From a virus: a DNA stretch of 64,000 nucleotides. Under the pieces are notes generated by a model that saw only the letters and a program-made list of their open reading frames with translations, ran no database searches and was not told where the DNA came from. The stretch lies in IMG/VR virus record IMGVR_UViG_3300020048_000085; one strand, 5' to 3'. Below are positions 10,445 to 19,302 of this stretch, piece by piece (position 1 is the first letter of the stretch; each line of letters starts with the position of its first letter). A program made the translations under genes and the position numbers.

Positions 10445-10730
10445 TTATATAATCCATATATAATCCATTCATAAATTTATCTATTGTGATACAAATCGGA
10501 AATTTTCCAAAAATATCATTTTTTTCATTATAACATCTAAAGCCAACATTTTCAATAAAATATAATCTTATTAATTTATTATCAATTAATAATCCTTGTC
10601 TTTGTGATATCATTCTAAGTTGTTCTTCATCAAATTTAATTAATAAATAATCAATAGTAGAATTTATATTCACATCATAATTTCTATATCTAAGTTTTGT
10701 TAAACTATTAACAAGTGAAAAATTACTCAT
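10431..10730 (-). CDS. Hypothetical protein (99 aa)
   Basis: ORF in a run of three minus-strand genes with 4-nt overlaps. Confidence 0.4.
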   Translation of the reverse strand: MSNFSLVNSLTKLRYRNYDVNINSTIDYLLIKFDEEQLRMISQRQGLLIDNKLIRLYFIENVGFRCYNEKNDIFGKFPICITIDKFMNGLYMDYIITRN

Positions 10731-11107
10731 CTGTTTTTAGTTTTATTTTTAGAGTCTTCTATACAAGAAACCAACAAATCATTTAAATCTCCATTTCTAT
10801 ATAATTTTGATAATACATCATCATTATCATGTTTTATTGTATAAATAGAAATATCTTTAATACTCATAAACGTATCATATGTTCCAGACATACTACTATC
10901 TATTAAATCATCCAAATTACTATCATTTATCTCTTTTGTACCATCTTTAAATATTACACTAACTACTGATAATTGACATCTCTTCATGTCTTTATAAGTA
11001 TCATGATCAGATATACTCACACCATCTCTTATTCTATTTGTTTTTGGATCAAGAATAAATAAAACCAAATTTTCAGCAATTCTAAATACAACACCATCAA
11101 ATTTCAT
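10727..11107 (-). CDS. Hypothetical protein (126 aa)
   Basis: ORF that overlaps both neighbours by 4 nt. Confidence 0.4.
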   Translation of the reverse strand: MKFDGVVFRIAENLVLFILDPKTNRIRDGVSISDHDTYKDMKRCQLSVVSVIFKDGTKEINDSNLDDLIDSSMSGTYDTFMSIKDISIYTIKHDNDDVLSKLYRNGDLNDLLVSCIEDSKNKTKNR

Positions 11108-11339
11108 ATAAGTTCTTTAATTTTAAATACCTCATTAAAGGTTTACTTTGTGCAACTAATTTATTTCTATCTATTATAACATCATTTATAGATAAAAATT
11201 CCATATCAATAACATTATAAACTATAAATTCTACTAATTCCACTCTACTTTTAAAAAAATTGTTTTTTGGAATACCATTTTTTTTAGCATAAATTATATT
11301 ATATCCTTCTATTTTTTCCTTTATTATATTATCAATCAT
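11097..11339 (-). CDS. Hypothetical protein (80 aa)
   Basis: ORF. It is divergent from 11389..12102 and shares with it a TATATATA-containing intergenic region. Confidence 0.35.
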   Translation of the reverse strand: MIDNIIKEKIEGYNIIYAKKNGIPKNNFFKSRVELVEFIVYNVIDMEFLSINDVIIDRNKLVAQSKPLMRYLKLKNLYEI

Positions 11340-11388
11340 TTAAGAGCACATTTTTATTTATATATATAAAAAAAAATCAAAACAGTTT

Positions 11389-12102
11389 ATGATATTTATT
11401 GGATTAGATGTATCTAAAATTTCAACTGCTCTATGTATTGAAAAAAATGGAATAACTAAACTATATAGTTACTCTACTCAAAAAGATAATAATATTTGGG
11501 TTAAAGAAACAACATCATTTATTACTTATAGACATATTAAATATTCATATTTAGACGAACCTGATTATAGTAAATCAGAAATATTAAAATTACAAAACTT
11601 TGATGATGTAACAGACTTAATTATAAATGATATTTATGATAACGTCGGAATACTAGATAGTATCAGAATAGGAATAGAAGGATTCTCATATAATTCAAAA
11701 GGACCAATATTTGATTTGATAGAGTTTACCACTTTACTTAAACATAAATTATTACATAAATTAAATAAATATGGAGATATACAAATATTCGCTCCAATCA
11801 CACTTAAAACTGAAGCATGTAAAATGGCTTATAATCCAAGAATAGAAAAAAAAGGGGTTAGAGTAATAAAAGAAATTATTCATATAGAAAATGAAGAAGG
11901 TAAATGTGCAAAAGATTTTGATAAATGGGACATGCTTTACGCACTACTTAAAAGTAATATAGAATTAGAACTAAAAGAATGGGTATTTAATAATAAAGAT
12001 AATATAACAAAAATAAAAAAAGTACCTAAACCAATAGACGATGAAATAGACGCAATATTTCTAAAGGAAATAGTCAAAAGAATTTATTCAAAAAATAATT
12101 AA
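11389..12102 (+). CDS. RuvC-like (RNase H fold) Holliday-junction resolvase candidate
   Basis: The N-terminal MIFIGLDVS resembles the first acidic motif of RuvC, A22 and IS110-type DEDD nucleases. There is an internal GIEGFSY (Glu) and a C-terminal DDEIDAIFL (the D-A motif at the RuvC C-terminus). Confidence 0.4.
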   Translation: MIFIGLDVSKISTALCIEKNGITKLYSYSTQKDNNIWVKETTSFITYRHIKYSYLDEPDYSKSEILKLQNFDDVTDLIINDIYDNVGILDSIRIGIEGFSYNSKGPIFDLIEFTTLLKHKLLHKLNKYGDIQIFAPITLKTEACKMAYNPRIEKKGVRVIKEIIHIENEEGKCAKDFDKWDMLYALLKSNIELELKEWVFNNKDNITKIKKVPKPIDDEIDAIFLKEIVKRIYSKNN

Positions 12103-12246
12103 TATATAATACAAATAATTACGAGAAATATAAATTATATATATAATATATCATGATCTTGCATCTTTTTTATATTTATATGAGTATTAAGTAGTTGTAA
12201 AAATGTTAAATATCAACTTTATTGAGTATAATTTATATAAGATATT

Positions 12247-12456
12247 ATGTTATTAACCAAAGAAATAAAAATAAAAGTAAATTCAACAACATTTAAACAT
12301 TATAAGGAATGCGGATATGATTTTAAATGCGGAGAAGAAATAATAATAGATGTGAATCATTTAACCAAATCATCAGAATATAAAGTTAAAGTTAAATGCG
12401 ATGTTTGTAGTAGTGAAAAACAATTATCATATGGTAAATATTTAAAAAATATATGA
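12247..12456 (+). CDS. Small Cys-containing (zinc-ribbon-like) protein
   Basis: CGYDFKCGEE ... KCDVCSSEK give two Cys pairs within 69 aa. Confidence 0.35.
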   Translation: MLLTKEIKIKVNSTTFKHYKECGYDFKCGEEIIIDVNHLTKSSEYKVKVKCDVCSSEKQLSYGKYLKNI

Positions 12457-12485
12457 TTCTGGAAAAATAAAATTTAAATTTAAAA

Positions 12486-13388
12486 ATGTTTAAAGAAGGA
12501 AAAGAATATAAAATAAATAGTAAATACATAAAAGTATTTGGTCCTAAAATCAATGAAGAACAACAAATAGATCCAAATATAATACCAAATTTTCCTATAA
12601 ATAAACCAGTTAAATTTGATGTTGAGTTGATGAAAAAAGCAATTAAATATGGTTTAGTTATACTACTCTCATATCGTGGTGAAGATGATAAATGGCGTGG
12701 TGGTAGAGAAAGAACAGTTCAACCAATGGTACTAGGTTTAAATCTTAACACTAAGAATATGTTGTTGAGGGGATTTCACCTAGAGGGTTGGTCTGTATCT
12801 CAAAGAGCAGAAACAAAAAAAGTATGGAGATTATTTAAAACAGATAATATTATATCAATGACATTCACTGGAAATTTTTTCCGTATGCCACCAGTTTCCT
12901 ACAAGATGAACGATAGAATTATGACAGAGAAGATTTTAGCAAAGGCTGATTTTAATGATATAAGAAGAAACCAGAACACTTTGTTGAAAGGTGGACAAAT
13001 TCAAGCAGAAGAAGAAACAACTATCTCAAAAGAATCCGGAGGTGTAGTTAGCATTGAGATATCTAACTCTAATAGTCAAATCGATTTGAGATATCCATCT
13101 AAGAATTTACTTATAAATAAAAATAATTATAATCCAACTAGATTTTCTAAAGATTCTAGTACGCTTTCTATGAAATTTTCAGTTATGAAAAGTATGTTTG
13201 GAAATAAATATCTTGTCATTGTTGGTGCAATTGGTACTATTAATAGACAAGTTAAAGTATACGAAGGTAAAGTATTATTAGGTAATTATAGATGCATAAA
13301 ATCATTCTTAGGTTCAGATTTAGCTAACAATAAAATTGCTGATGGTAAGAATATTTTTGATTTGTATGTATTCAATAGAAAATTATAA
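12486..13388 (+). CDS. Hypothetical protein (300 aa)
   Basis: ORF only; no motifs recognised. Confidence 0.45.
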   Translation: MFKEGKEYKINSKYIKVFGPKINEEQQIDPNIIPNFPINKPVKFDVELMKKAIKYGLVILLSYRGEDDKWRGGRERTVQPMVLGLNLNTKNMLLRGFHLEGWSVSQRAETKKVWRLFKTDNIISMTFTGNFFRMPPVSYKMNDRIMTEKILAKADFNDIRRNQNTLLKGGQIQAEEETTISKESGGVVSIEISNSNSQIDLRYPSKNLLINKNNYNPTRFSKDSSTLSMKFSVMKSMFGNKYLVIVGAIGTINRQVKVYEGKVLLGNYRCIKSFLGSDLANNKIADGKNIFDLYVFNRKL

Positions 13389-13390
13389 TT

Positions 13391-13665
13391 ATGATAAAAT
13401 TATTTGAAGAATTAATTTAATAGAAGAACCTGAAAAAGATGAAATATTAATTTGTGAAATTAAAAATAATAACAAAATTATATTTATTATTAAAATTACG
13501 TCAATACCAACAATAAGTAAAGTATATCCAAAAAGTTTTAAATTTGATACTATAGACTTAACTGAAAATTATAATGCTGAAATTTATTATAATTATATAG
13601 ATAAGTATTTATTCTCTGTAAGTGGAATACATTGTGAATTATTATTTAGAATATTTAATTTATAA
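13391..13665 (+). pseudogene. Decayed member of the FKxFE/KKFNL paralog family
   Basis: It begins ATG ATA AAA TTA TTT GAA GAA (MIKLFEELI) and then stops. The region ends ...gaatatttaatttataa (RIFNL-stop-like), which mimics the family junction. There is no long ORF in between. Confidence 0.35.
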
Positions 13666-13700
13666 AATTAATATATAAGTATACAAAAAAAAATAAAAAT

Positions 13701-14081
13701 ATGAAATATTTAAAAACTTTTGAATATAATTTATCAAACAAATCAATTTATTATAAAATAATAATTGATGGTTCATTTGATAAATTTACAATTGCTCTTG
13801 AAAAATTGGGTATGTTAGAATCTTTTTTATTTGATTGGGATATAAATGATTTTGATGATATTGAAGTAGAGAGTAAATATTTATTTTCTAATGAATATAT
13901 ATATTTAGCAATTGCTAAAAGTGAATATAGTAATAGAAGATATATTACTGATTTTACTCCAACCAATTTCATTGTCAGAAGATATATTACTGATTTTCCA
14001 GATTCTATACAAAAATTTGAATATGGTGGTGAAATAAAAATAGAAGATTATGAAATAGATTCAAAAAAATTTAATTTATGA
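13701..14081 (+). CDS. FKxFE/KKFNL family paralog (MKYLKTFEYN ... SKKFNL)
   Basis: It has both the N- and C-terminal family motifs and an ATGA overlap with the next gene. A TATATA element lies about 25 nt upstream. Confidence 0.6.
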   Translation: MKYLKTFEYNLSNKSIYYKIIIDGSFDKFTIALEKLGMLESFLFDWDINDFDDIEVESKYLFSNEYIYLAIAKSEYSNRRYITDFTPTNFIVRRYITDFPDSIQKFEYGGEIKIEDYEIDSKKFNL

Positions 14082-14422
14082 AACACATAAGATTATTTGA
14101 AGAGTTAGAATCACAATATAAAGTAGGTGATTATGTGTTAATTAAATATATACCTAAATCTAAATCATTATTAGAATTAATGAAATTTGTAAATAATTCA
14201 ATAGGTAAAATGATGTTTATTGATGAACGTAGTGTTATTTTAGAATATGTTGATATACCAGATAATATAAAGCATTATTTTAATGATAAAAATGTTGGAA
14301 ATAAAAAAATTAAAAATTCTGCTTTTTTTTGGTATCACAATAGTATAATAAATAGATTAGCTACTGAAGATGAGATAAAAGAATTTAAAGTTAAAAAAGA
14401 TTTAAATAAATTTAATTTATGA
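14078..14422 (+). CDS. FKxFE/KKFNL family paralog (MKHIRLFEEL ... LNKFNL) with a KVGDYV small-barrel motif
   Basis: Family motifs at both ends, with ATGA overlaps on both sides. Confidence 0.6.
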   Translation: MKHIRLFEELESQYKVGDYVLIKYIPKSKSLLELMKFVNNSIGKMMFIDERSVILEYVDIPDNIKHYFNDKNVGNKKIKNSAFFWYHNSIINRLATEDEIKEFKVKKDLNKFNL

Positions 14423-14820
14423 AATATATAAAAACATTTGAAAATAAAGAAAAATTTATAAAAATGACAGATAAGAATAAACTCAATAGAAACATTTATT
14501 ATTATTTGTTGTATGTGGATTCAATTGAAAAATTTGACTTCGCATTAGATAAAATAGGTATAAAAGATGATTTTTATGATGATATATGGGGTGCACAAGT
14601 TAATATTGATGAATATATTATACCTAAATTAGAAAAAGATAAAAAAATATATTTGAGTGTAGATTATTTTATTGAAAATTTTGACGTTTTTAATCATGAA
14701 CCAAGTGATGAAAAATTAGTATCACTGAGAGATGATAATGATAGAAAATGTAAAATAATATATGGTGGAGAGATATCAGTATATGATTATGAAATTATAG
14801 CAAATAAATTTAATTTATGA
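14419..14820 (+). CDS. FKxFE/KKFNL family paralog (MKYIKTFENK ... ANKFNL)
   Basis: Family motifs and ATGA overlaps. Confidence 0.6.
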   Translation: MKYIKTFENKEKFIKMTDKNKLNRNIYYYLLYVDSIEKFDFALDKIGIKDDFYDDIWGAQVNIDEYIIPKLEKDKKIYLSVDYFIENFDVFNHEPSDEKLVSLRDDNDRKCKIIYGGEISVYDYEIIANKFNL

Positions 14821-15158
14821 AACATATTAGAAAATTTAATGAGAAGAGACGACTAAAGACAGGAGATTATGTTTTAGTTAAATTAGATACTTATACACAA
14901 TCAACTGATAGAATTATACAAGCAAAAGAATATATAAACACACATATTGGTAAGTTGATTAATATAAATAATACTAGACTTGATGATGTTCGTATTGAAT
15001 ACAGAGATGTACCTGAACACATAAGAAGCTATTTTGGAACTTCTAACAAAGATGAAAATGCTTATTATAGATCAGTTGATATTGATAAAATAGTTGAATT
15101 TGGTTCAACACCAGAAGAATTAGAAGTATTTTTACAATCAAAAAAATTTAATTTATGA
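14817..15158 (+). CDS. FKxFE/KKFNL family paralog (MKHIRKFNEK ... SKKFNL)
   Basis: Family motifs and ATGA overlaps. It carries the TGDYVLVK motif. Confidence 0.6.
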   Translation: MKHIRKFNEKRRLKTGDYVLVKLDTYTQSTDRIIQAKEYINTHIGKLININNTRLDDVRIEYRDVPEHIRSYFGTSNKDENAYYRSVDIDKIVEFGSTPEELEVFLQSKKFNL

Positions 15159-15502
15159 AACACTTAATATTATTTGAAGATTTAAAAAAATCATCACCAA
15201 AATATAAAGTTGGAGATTATGTTCATATTGATATGGAACCAGATTTTGATTATGATGTTTGTTTAGCAAAAATTGTTGATGTTGATAATAATGGATTTTT
15301 AATTGAACCAGAAGATAAAGAAAGTAATGATTTTAACGATTATATTAACAAATATAATCCATTTCCATATTCAGTTAAATTTTATAAAAATGGCTGGAAT
15401 GTCGAAGAAAATTTAATAGATAGATATTTAACTGAAGATGAAATTGTATATTTTAATTTTTTAATAAAACATGGAACAGAAATAAAAAAATTTAATTTAT
15501 GA
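15155..15502 (+). CDS. FKxFE/KKFNL family paralog (MKHLILFEDL ... IKKFNL)
   Basis: Family motifs and ATGA overlaps. It carries the KYKVGDYVHID motif. Confidence 0.6.
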   Translation: MKHLILFEDLKKSSPKYKVGDYVHIDMEPDFDYDVCLAKIVDVDNNGFLIEPEDKESNDFNDYINKYNPFPYSVKFYKNGWNVEENLIDRYLTEDEIVYFNFLIKHGTEIKKFNL

Positions 15503-15765
15503 GTAAACTAAGTAATGATATTCACAAAATGTTAGGATATCTTAAAATAATACAACAATATAATTTTTTTGCACAATTAGGAAACGAAGATGATATAGAT
15601 TATTTAAAAGACAAAGTAGATAATTTATATTATATTGATGATAATGAACAACTTATTAAAGATTTTGAATGGTGTGCAAATATGGTAAATATGCTTTATG
15701 ATGAAGTAGATTCAGACTTCAAAAAGAGATTATTAATTGAAGAAAATGAAAATATAGATAATTAA
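15499..15765 (+). CDS. Hypothetical acidic small protein (88 aa), last gene of the plus-strand array
   Basis: It is translationally coupled (ATGA overlap) to the preceding gene and is followed by a hairpin terminator. Confidence 0.45.
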   Translation: MSKLSNDIHKMLGYLKIIQQYNFFAQLGNEDDIDYLKDKVDNLYYIDDNEQLIKDFEWCANMVNMLYDEVDSDFKKRLLIEENENIDN

Positions 15766-15796
15766 AAAAGTCAGATTAAATCTGACTTTCTTTTTA
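15765..15796. terminator. Bidirectional intrinsic terminator
   Basis: Stem aagtcaga / tctgactt (15767-15789) with loop ttaaa, flanked by an A-run and a T-run. It lies between convergent genes. Confidence 0.6.
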
Positions 15797-16270
15797 TTTA
15801 CCATATCTTTCACCTGGATATGTATTCTTAATTTCTTTCCACATATCAAAAGAGCGTTTGAGTAAATCAATTTTATTATTAATAAAGTCTATCACACCAT
15901 CGTCTGTAGTTACATCAATATCAAAATGATCAATAACACCTTGTGGTATAGCATTTAAATATTGTTTTACACTACCAAAATAAAAATTGTCTCTATTATC
16001 AATTCTATATTTTTCAGCAGCATTAATTAATGATTCAATAAAATGTTGATCATGATGACCATTCAATTTATCTCCCATCAAATTTATTTTTCTTTCATCG
16101 TTCTTTTCTCTTTCAATATTATATGCAGTTTGAGTGATAGATGATGATGTTGGTAATTTATCAAAATCTTCATCTTTAATAGTTTTTTTATGTTCACCAC
16201 CAATATTACCACCTTGTGGAAATTTTATATACTCTTTTATATATTCACCAAAATCTACTATTTTTCTCAT
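15794..16270 (-). CDS. Hypothetical protein (158 aa)
   Basis: ORF only. Confidence 0.45.
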   Translation of the reverse strand: MRKIVDFGEYIKEYIKFPQGGNIGGEHKKTIKDEDFDKLPTSSSITQTAYNIEREKNDERKINLMGDKLNGHHDQHFIESLINAAEKYRIDNRDNFYFGSVKQYLNAIPQGVIDHFDIDVTTDDGVIDFINNKIDLLKRSFDMWKEIKNTYPGERYGK

Positions 16271-16300
16271 AATGTTATTTTTTTAAATTATATATTAATT

Positions 16301-16621
16301 TTATAAATTGAATTTATTTGTAGCTAATAATAAATCAATATCTTCAAATTTCATTATTTTCCAATTTTCTCTATTTGTCCATTCATTATCATGGTATTTA
16401 TGAATAACAAAATCTAATCTTTTATTAGCAGCATCAATAGAGTCGAAATATGATATATTATCAATATTAATATCAATATCATTAATATTTTTTACTGTTA
16501 TAAAATCTTCTAAACCATGTCTACATAATAATAAAATTAAATAAATTTGTTCTATTGGACGATGTAAAATTAACACATATTTTTCTTTTTTCTTGAAAAT
16601 ATTAAATCTTTCTATTATCAT
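16301..16621 (-). CDS. FKxFE/KKFNL family paralog (MIIERFNIFKK ... ATNKFNL)
   Basis: Family end-motifs. Confidence 0.55.
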   Translation of the reverse strand: MIIERFNIFKKKEKYVLILHRPIEQIYLILLLCRHGLEDFITVKNINDIDINIDNISYFDSIDAANKRLDFVIHKYHDNEWTNRENWKIMKFEDIDLLLATNKFNL

Positions 16622-16624
16622 AAG

Positions 16625-17239
16625 TTATAAATTAAATTTATTTGCATCAAATAAATATGAATATTCTTTTTTTATTCTATAATGTATTTTCTCATCTTTA
16701 AATATTTTAATAAACTCAGAAGTATGCATTTCAATAAACACCTTTTGAAAATTATAATCAGTATTATAACTAAAATAATTAAAATTAGATATATCAGCAT
16801 TATTTTCTAATAAATATATAGCAACATCCCAATAATTATTTAATGCTGATGTCATTAGTGGTGATACATTACTATCATTTGATATATCTATATTTGCGCC
16901 ATTCTCAACCAACAATTTAACTATATCTAAATATCCATTATGAGCTGCTACATATAATGGAGTTGCATTAATACTATTGAAACTATTCACATTAGCATGA
17001 TATTTAATCATCAATTTAACTAATTTGATATCAGCAATATATACAGATAATGATAACATATTACCATAACAATTATTGTCATCATATATATTTGGATTAG
17101 CTCCATTTTTTAATAAATATTCAACTTTTTTTAAATTTGGTTTATTTAAACTAGCCACACTATTAATAAAATATAATAGATAGTCAATTAAATATTTAGT
17201 TTTATCTATATATTTTTCAAATTGCTTAATATATTTCAT
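16625..17239 (-). CDS. Ankyrin-repeat protein that is also a member of the FKxFE/KKFNL family (MKYIKQFEKY ... ANKFNL)
   Basis: It has at least three canonical ANK repeats, for example TPLYVAAHNGYLDIVKLLVENGANIDISNDSNVSPLMTSALNNYWDVAIYLLENNADI. Confidence 0.7.
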   Translation of the reverse strand: MKYIKQFEKYIDKTKYLIDYLLYFINSVASLNKPNLKKVEYLLKNGANPNIYDDNNCYGNMLSLSVYIADIKLVKLMIKYHANVNSFNSINATPLYVAAHNGYLDIVKLLVENGANIDISNDSNVSPLMTSALNNYWDVAIYLLENNADISNFNYFSYNTDYNFQKVFIEMHTSEFIKIFKDEKIHYRIKKEYSYLFDANKFNL

Positions 17240-17583
17240 AGATTGAATTTCTTTAAGTTTTTATTTATTTCTAATTCTTCTAATGTCTTTCCAGTTGCAA
17301 CAACATCAGAATATTTAAAACTTTTTATTCCACAATTATTTTTTTTGTCAATGAAAAACATTTTTAAATCATCTGGAATATTATCATATTTAACATAAAT
17401 TCTATACCATTGGTTTGATGGTTTTGCATAATCATCAAGTAAAAAACTATCAATTATTCCAATTGTATTATTTATAAAATTTCTCAAATCAATTAATATT
17501 TCACTCGGATAATTCGTTAATATATAATCACCAACAGAAAATTCTGGTATCATATTTTCAAATATTTTAAATTGTGTTATCAT
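17236..17583 (-). CDS. FKxFE/KKFNL family paralog (MITQFKIFEN ... LKKFNL)
   Basis: Family motifs and ATGA overlaps. Confidence 0.6.
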   Translation of the reverse strand: MITQFKIFENMIPEFSVGDYILTNYPSEILIDLRNFINNTIGIIDSFLLDDYAKPSNQWYRIYVKYDNIPDDLKMFFIDKKNNCGIKSFKYSDVVATGKTLEELEINKNLKKFNL

Positions 17584-18005
17584 ATATTAAATTTTTTTGA
17601 ATTTGTAATATATTTTGGTGTTTTATTTATAGCACGTTTAAATACATAAAATACATATTTAGTTATTGGATCACCAATATTATCTATTCTTGCATTATCT
17701 AAAATATATTTTATTTTATCATATAATAATATATCTTTTTCAAATTCTACGATTATTAATTCAATAGCATATTTTTTTACTTCATTGCGTATTCTATCGT
17801 CTATTTTATTATTTCCTTTTTTCCATGTGTTTGAACTGTAATATAAATTATATAATATAGAAAATATATAACTAAATTCTTCTGGTACCTTAAATATATT
17901 TTGAATAAATGATGTATCTTTTTTATACATTCTATCATAATAATTTAAATAATAATCAACCATAGATTGATCATATTTTTCAAATATTTTAAATTGTGTT
18001 ATCAT
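17580..18005 (-). CDS. FKxFE family paralog (MITQFKIFEK ... SKKFNI)
   Basis: Family motifs and ATGA overlaps. Confidence 0.6.
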   Translation of the reverse strand: MITQFKIFEKYDQSMVDYYLNYYDRMYKKDTSFIQNIFKVPEEFSYIFSILYNLYYSSNTWKKGNNKIDDRIRNEVKKYAIELIIVEFEKDILLYDKIKYILDNARIDNIGDPITKYVFYVFKRAINKTPKYITNSKKFNI

Positions 18006-18436
18006 AAATTAAATTTTTTAGCGTTCTCAATTAAAATCAACTTGTTTATTATATCTTTTTTTCTAGGTGGAATATAACCATAAATTGTAAATGGTGAATT
18101 AACATCAACTGAGTGAATAATATGTTCATCATTTTTTAAAATTAAATCTAATGATACAAACTCTTTTACTCTTTTTTTAGCTGTTCCTGTATAACCAATA
18201 CCACATCGTTCAACTTTACTAATAATACCATTATGTTTATTTTCATAATCAACAAGTACCTTTTTAATATTATTAAAAGAATATTTACTATAAAATTTAA
18301 CATTAGTACCAGGAATCAATAAATCAGTTAGAAATTTTTTAATTTTTGTATAACTACCATTATAATATTCTAATAATGTATTTAACATAAATGTTATTTC
18401 TTCTTGTGTATCAAATGAATCAAATTTAGTAATCAT
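18002..18436 (-). CDS. FKxFE/KKFNL family paralog (MITKFDSFDT ... AKKFNL)
   Basis: Family motifs and ATGA overlap. Confidence 0.6.
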   Translation of the reverse strand: MITKFDSFDTQEEITFMLNTLLEYYNGSYTKIKKFLTDLLIPGTNVKFYSKYSFNNIKKVLVDYENKHNGIISKVERCGIGYTGTAKKRVKEFVSLDLILKNDEHIIHSVDVNSPFTIYGYIPPRKKDIINKLILIENAKKFNL

Positions 18437-18442
18437 ATAATT

Positions 18443-18826
18443 TTATTTTTTTCTTAAATATGAAAAAACAACATCAAAAAATATTAGTTTAATACAAAAT
18501 GCTATTATAACCCATAAGAATGAAAAATTTAATACTATTATAATAGAAGCAATAATCATTAATAATTCAGATAAAAACCAAAATAAATGCCACGCATCAG
18601 TAAAAATAACAAATATAGTAGTACTACCTAAAAATTTTTCACCACTATGTGGATCATTATTTTTATATTTATTTAATGAACCTAATCCTTGCTCCCAAAA
18701 ATTTGGATTTAAATGATATTTCAAATATAATTTAGATTTATAAAATAAATTAGGAGATGATGATAAATCAGTAATTGATTTTGCAACTCCAGATAGGAAC
18801 AATAGTATTATAATTAATATTATCAT
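18443..18826 (-). CDS. Predicted small integral membrane protein (at least 3 hydrophobic helices)
   Basis: MIILIIILLFLSGVAKS... followed by a long hydrophobic C-terminal stretch. It is embedded in the paralog array. Confidence 0.4.
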   Translation of the reverse strand: MIILIIILLFLSGVAKSITDLSSSPNLFYKSKLYLKYHLNPNFWEQGLGSLNKYKNNDPHSGEKFLGSTTIFVIFTDAWHLFWFLSELLMIIASIIIVLNFSFLWVIIAFCIKLIFFDVVFSYLRKK

Positions 18827-18828
18827 AT

Positions 18829-19248
18829 TTATAAATTGAATTTTTTTGTTTCTTTATTTATATTTATTTCATCTATGATATCTTTAATATCATCAGGAAT
18901 AATACCATAAATATTCATTGGAGAATTTGTGTCTACATCATGTTTATATCTTATTCCTTTTAATTTTATTGTTAAAAAAATATAGTTAAATTCTTTATTA
19001 AAACCATAACCAAATCCCCTCACAACACCTTTATGTTGTTTATTTGAGTGCATGAAATAATTTAATCCTTTAATATCTTCTGTGCATTTTTTACATTCGA
19101 ATTTAATAACATTATTTTTAATTTCAAGTAATTTAAATATAAAATCACTTATAGATTCATTATCACCATTAAAATAACCAATAATATCATTTATTGTTAA
19201 TGTTACTTTATTTCCTGTATTTTCAAATAATTTGAATTGAGTTATCAT
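18829..19248 (-). CDS. FKxFE/KKFNL family paralog (MITQFKLFEN ... TKKFNL)
   Basis: Family motifs. The element ttatatatac lies immediately upstream of its ATG on the minus strand. Confidence 0.6.
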   Translation of the reverse strand: MITQFKLFENTGNKVTLTINDIIGYFNGDNESISDFIFKLLEIKNNVIKFECKKCTEDIKGLNYFMHSNKQHKGVVRGFGYGFNKEFNYIFLTIKLKGIRYKHDVDTNSPMNIYGIIPDDIKDIIDEININKETKKFNL

Positions 19249-19302
19249 ACAGGTATATATAATTATTTAAAATTATTTTTTAATGTTTAATTTAATGAAT
19301 AA

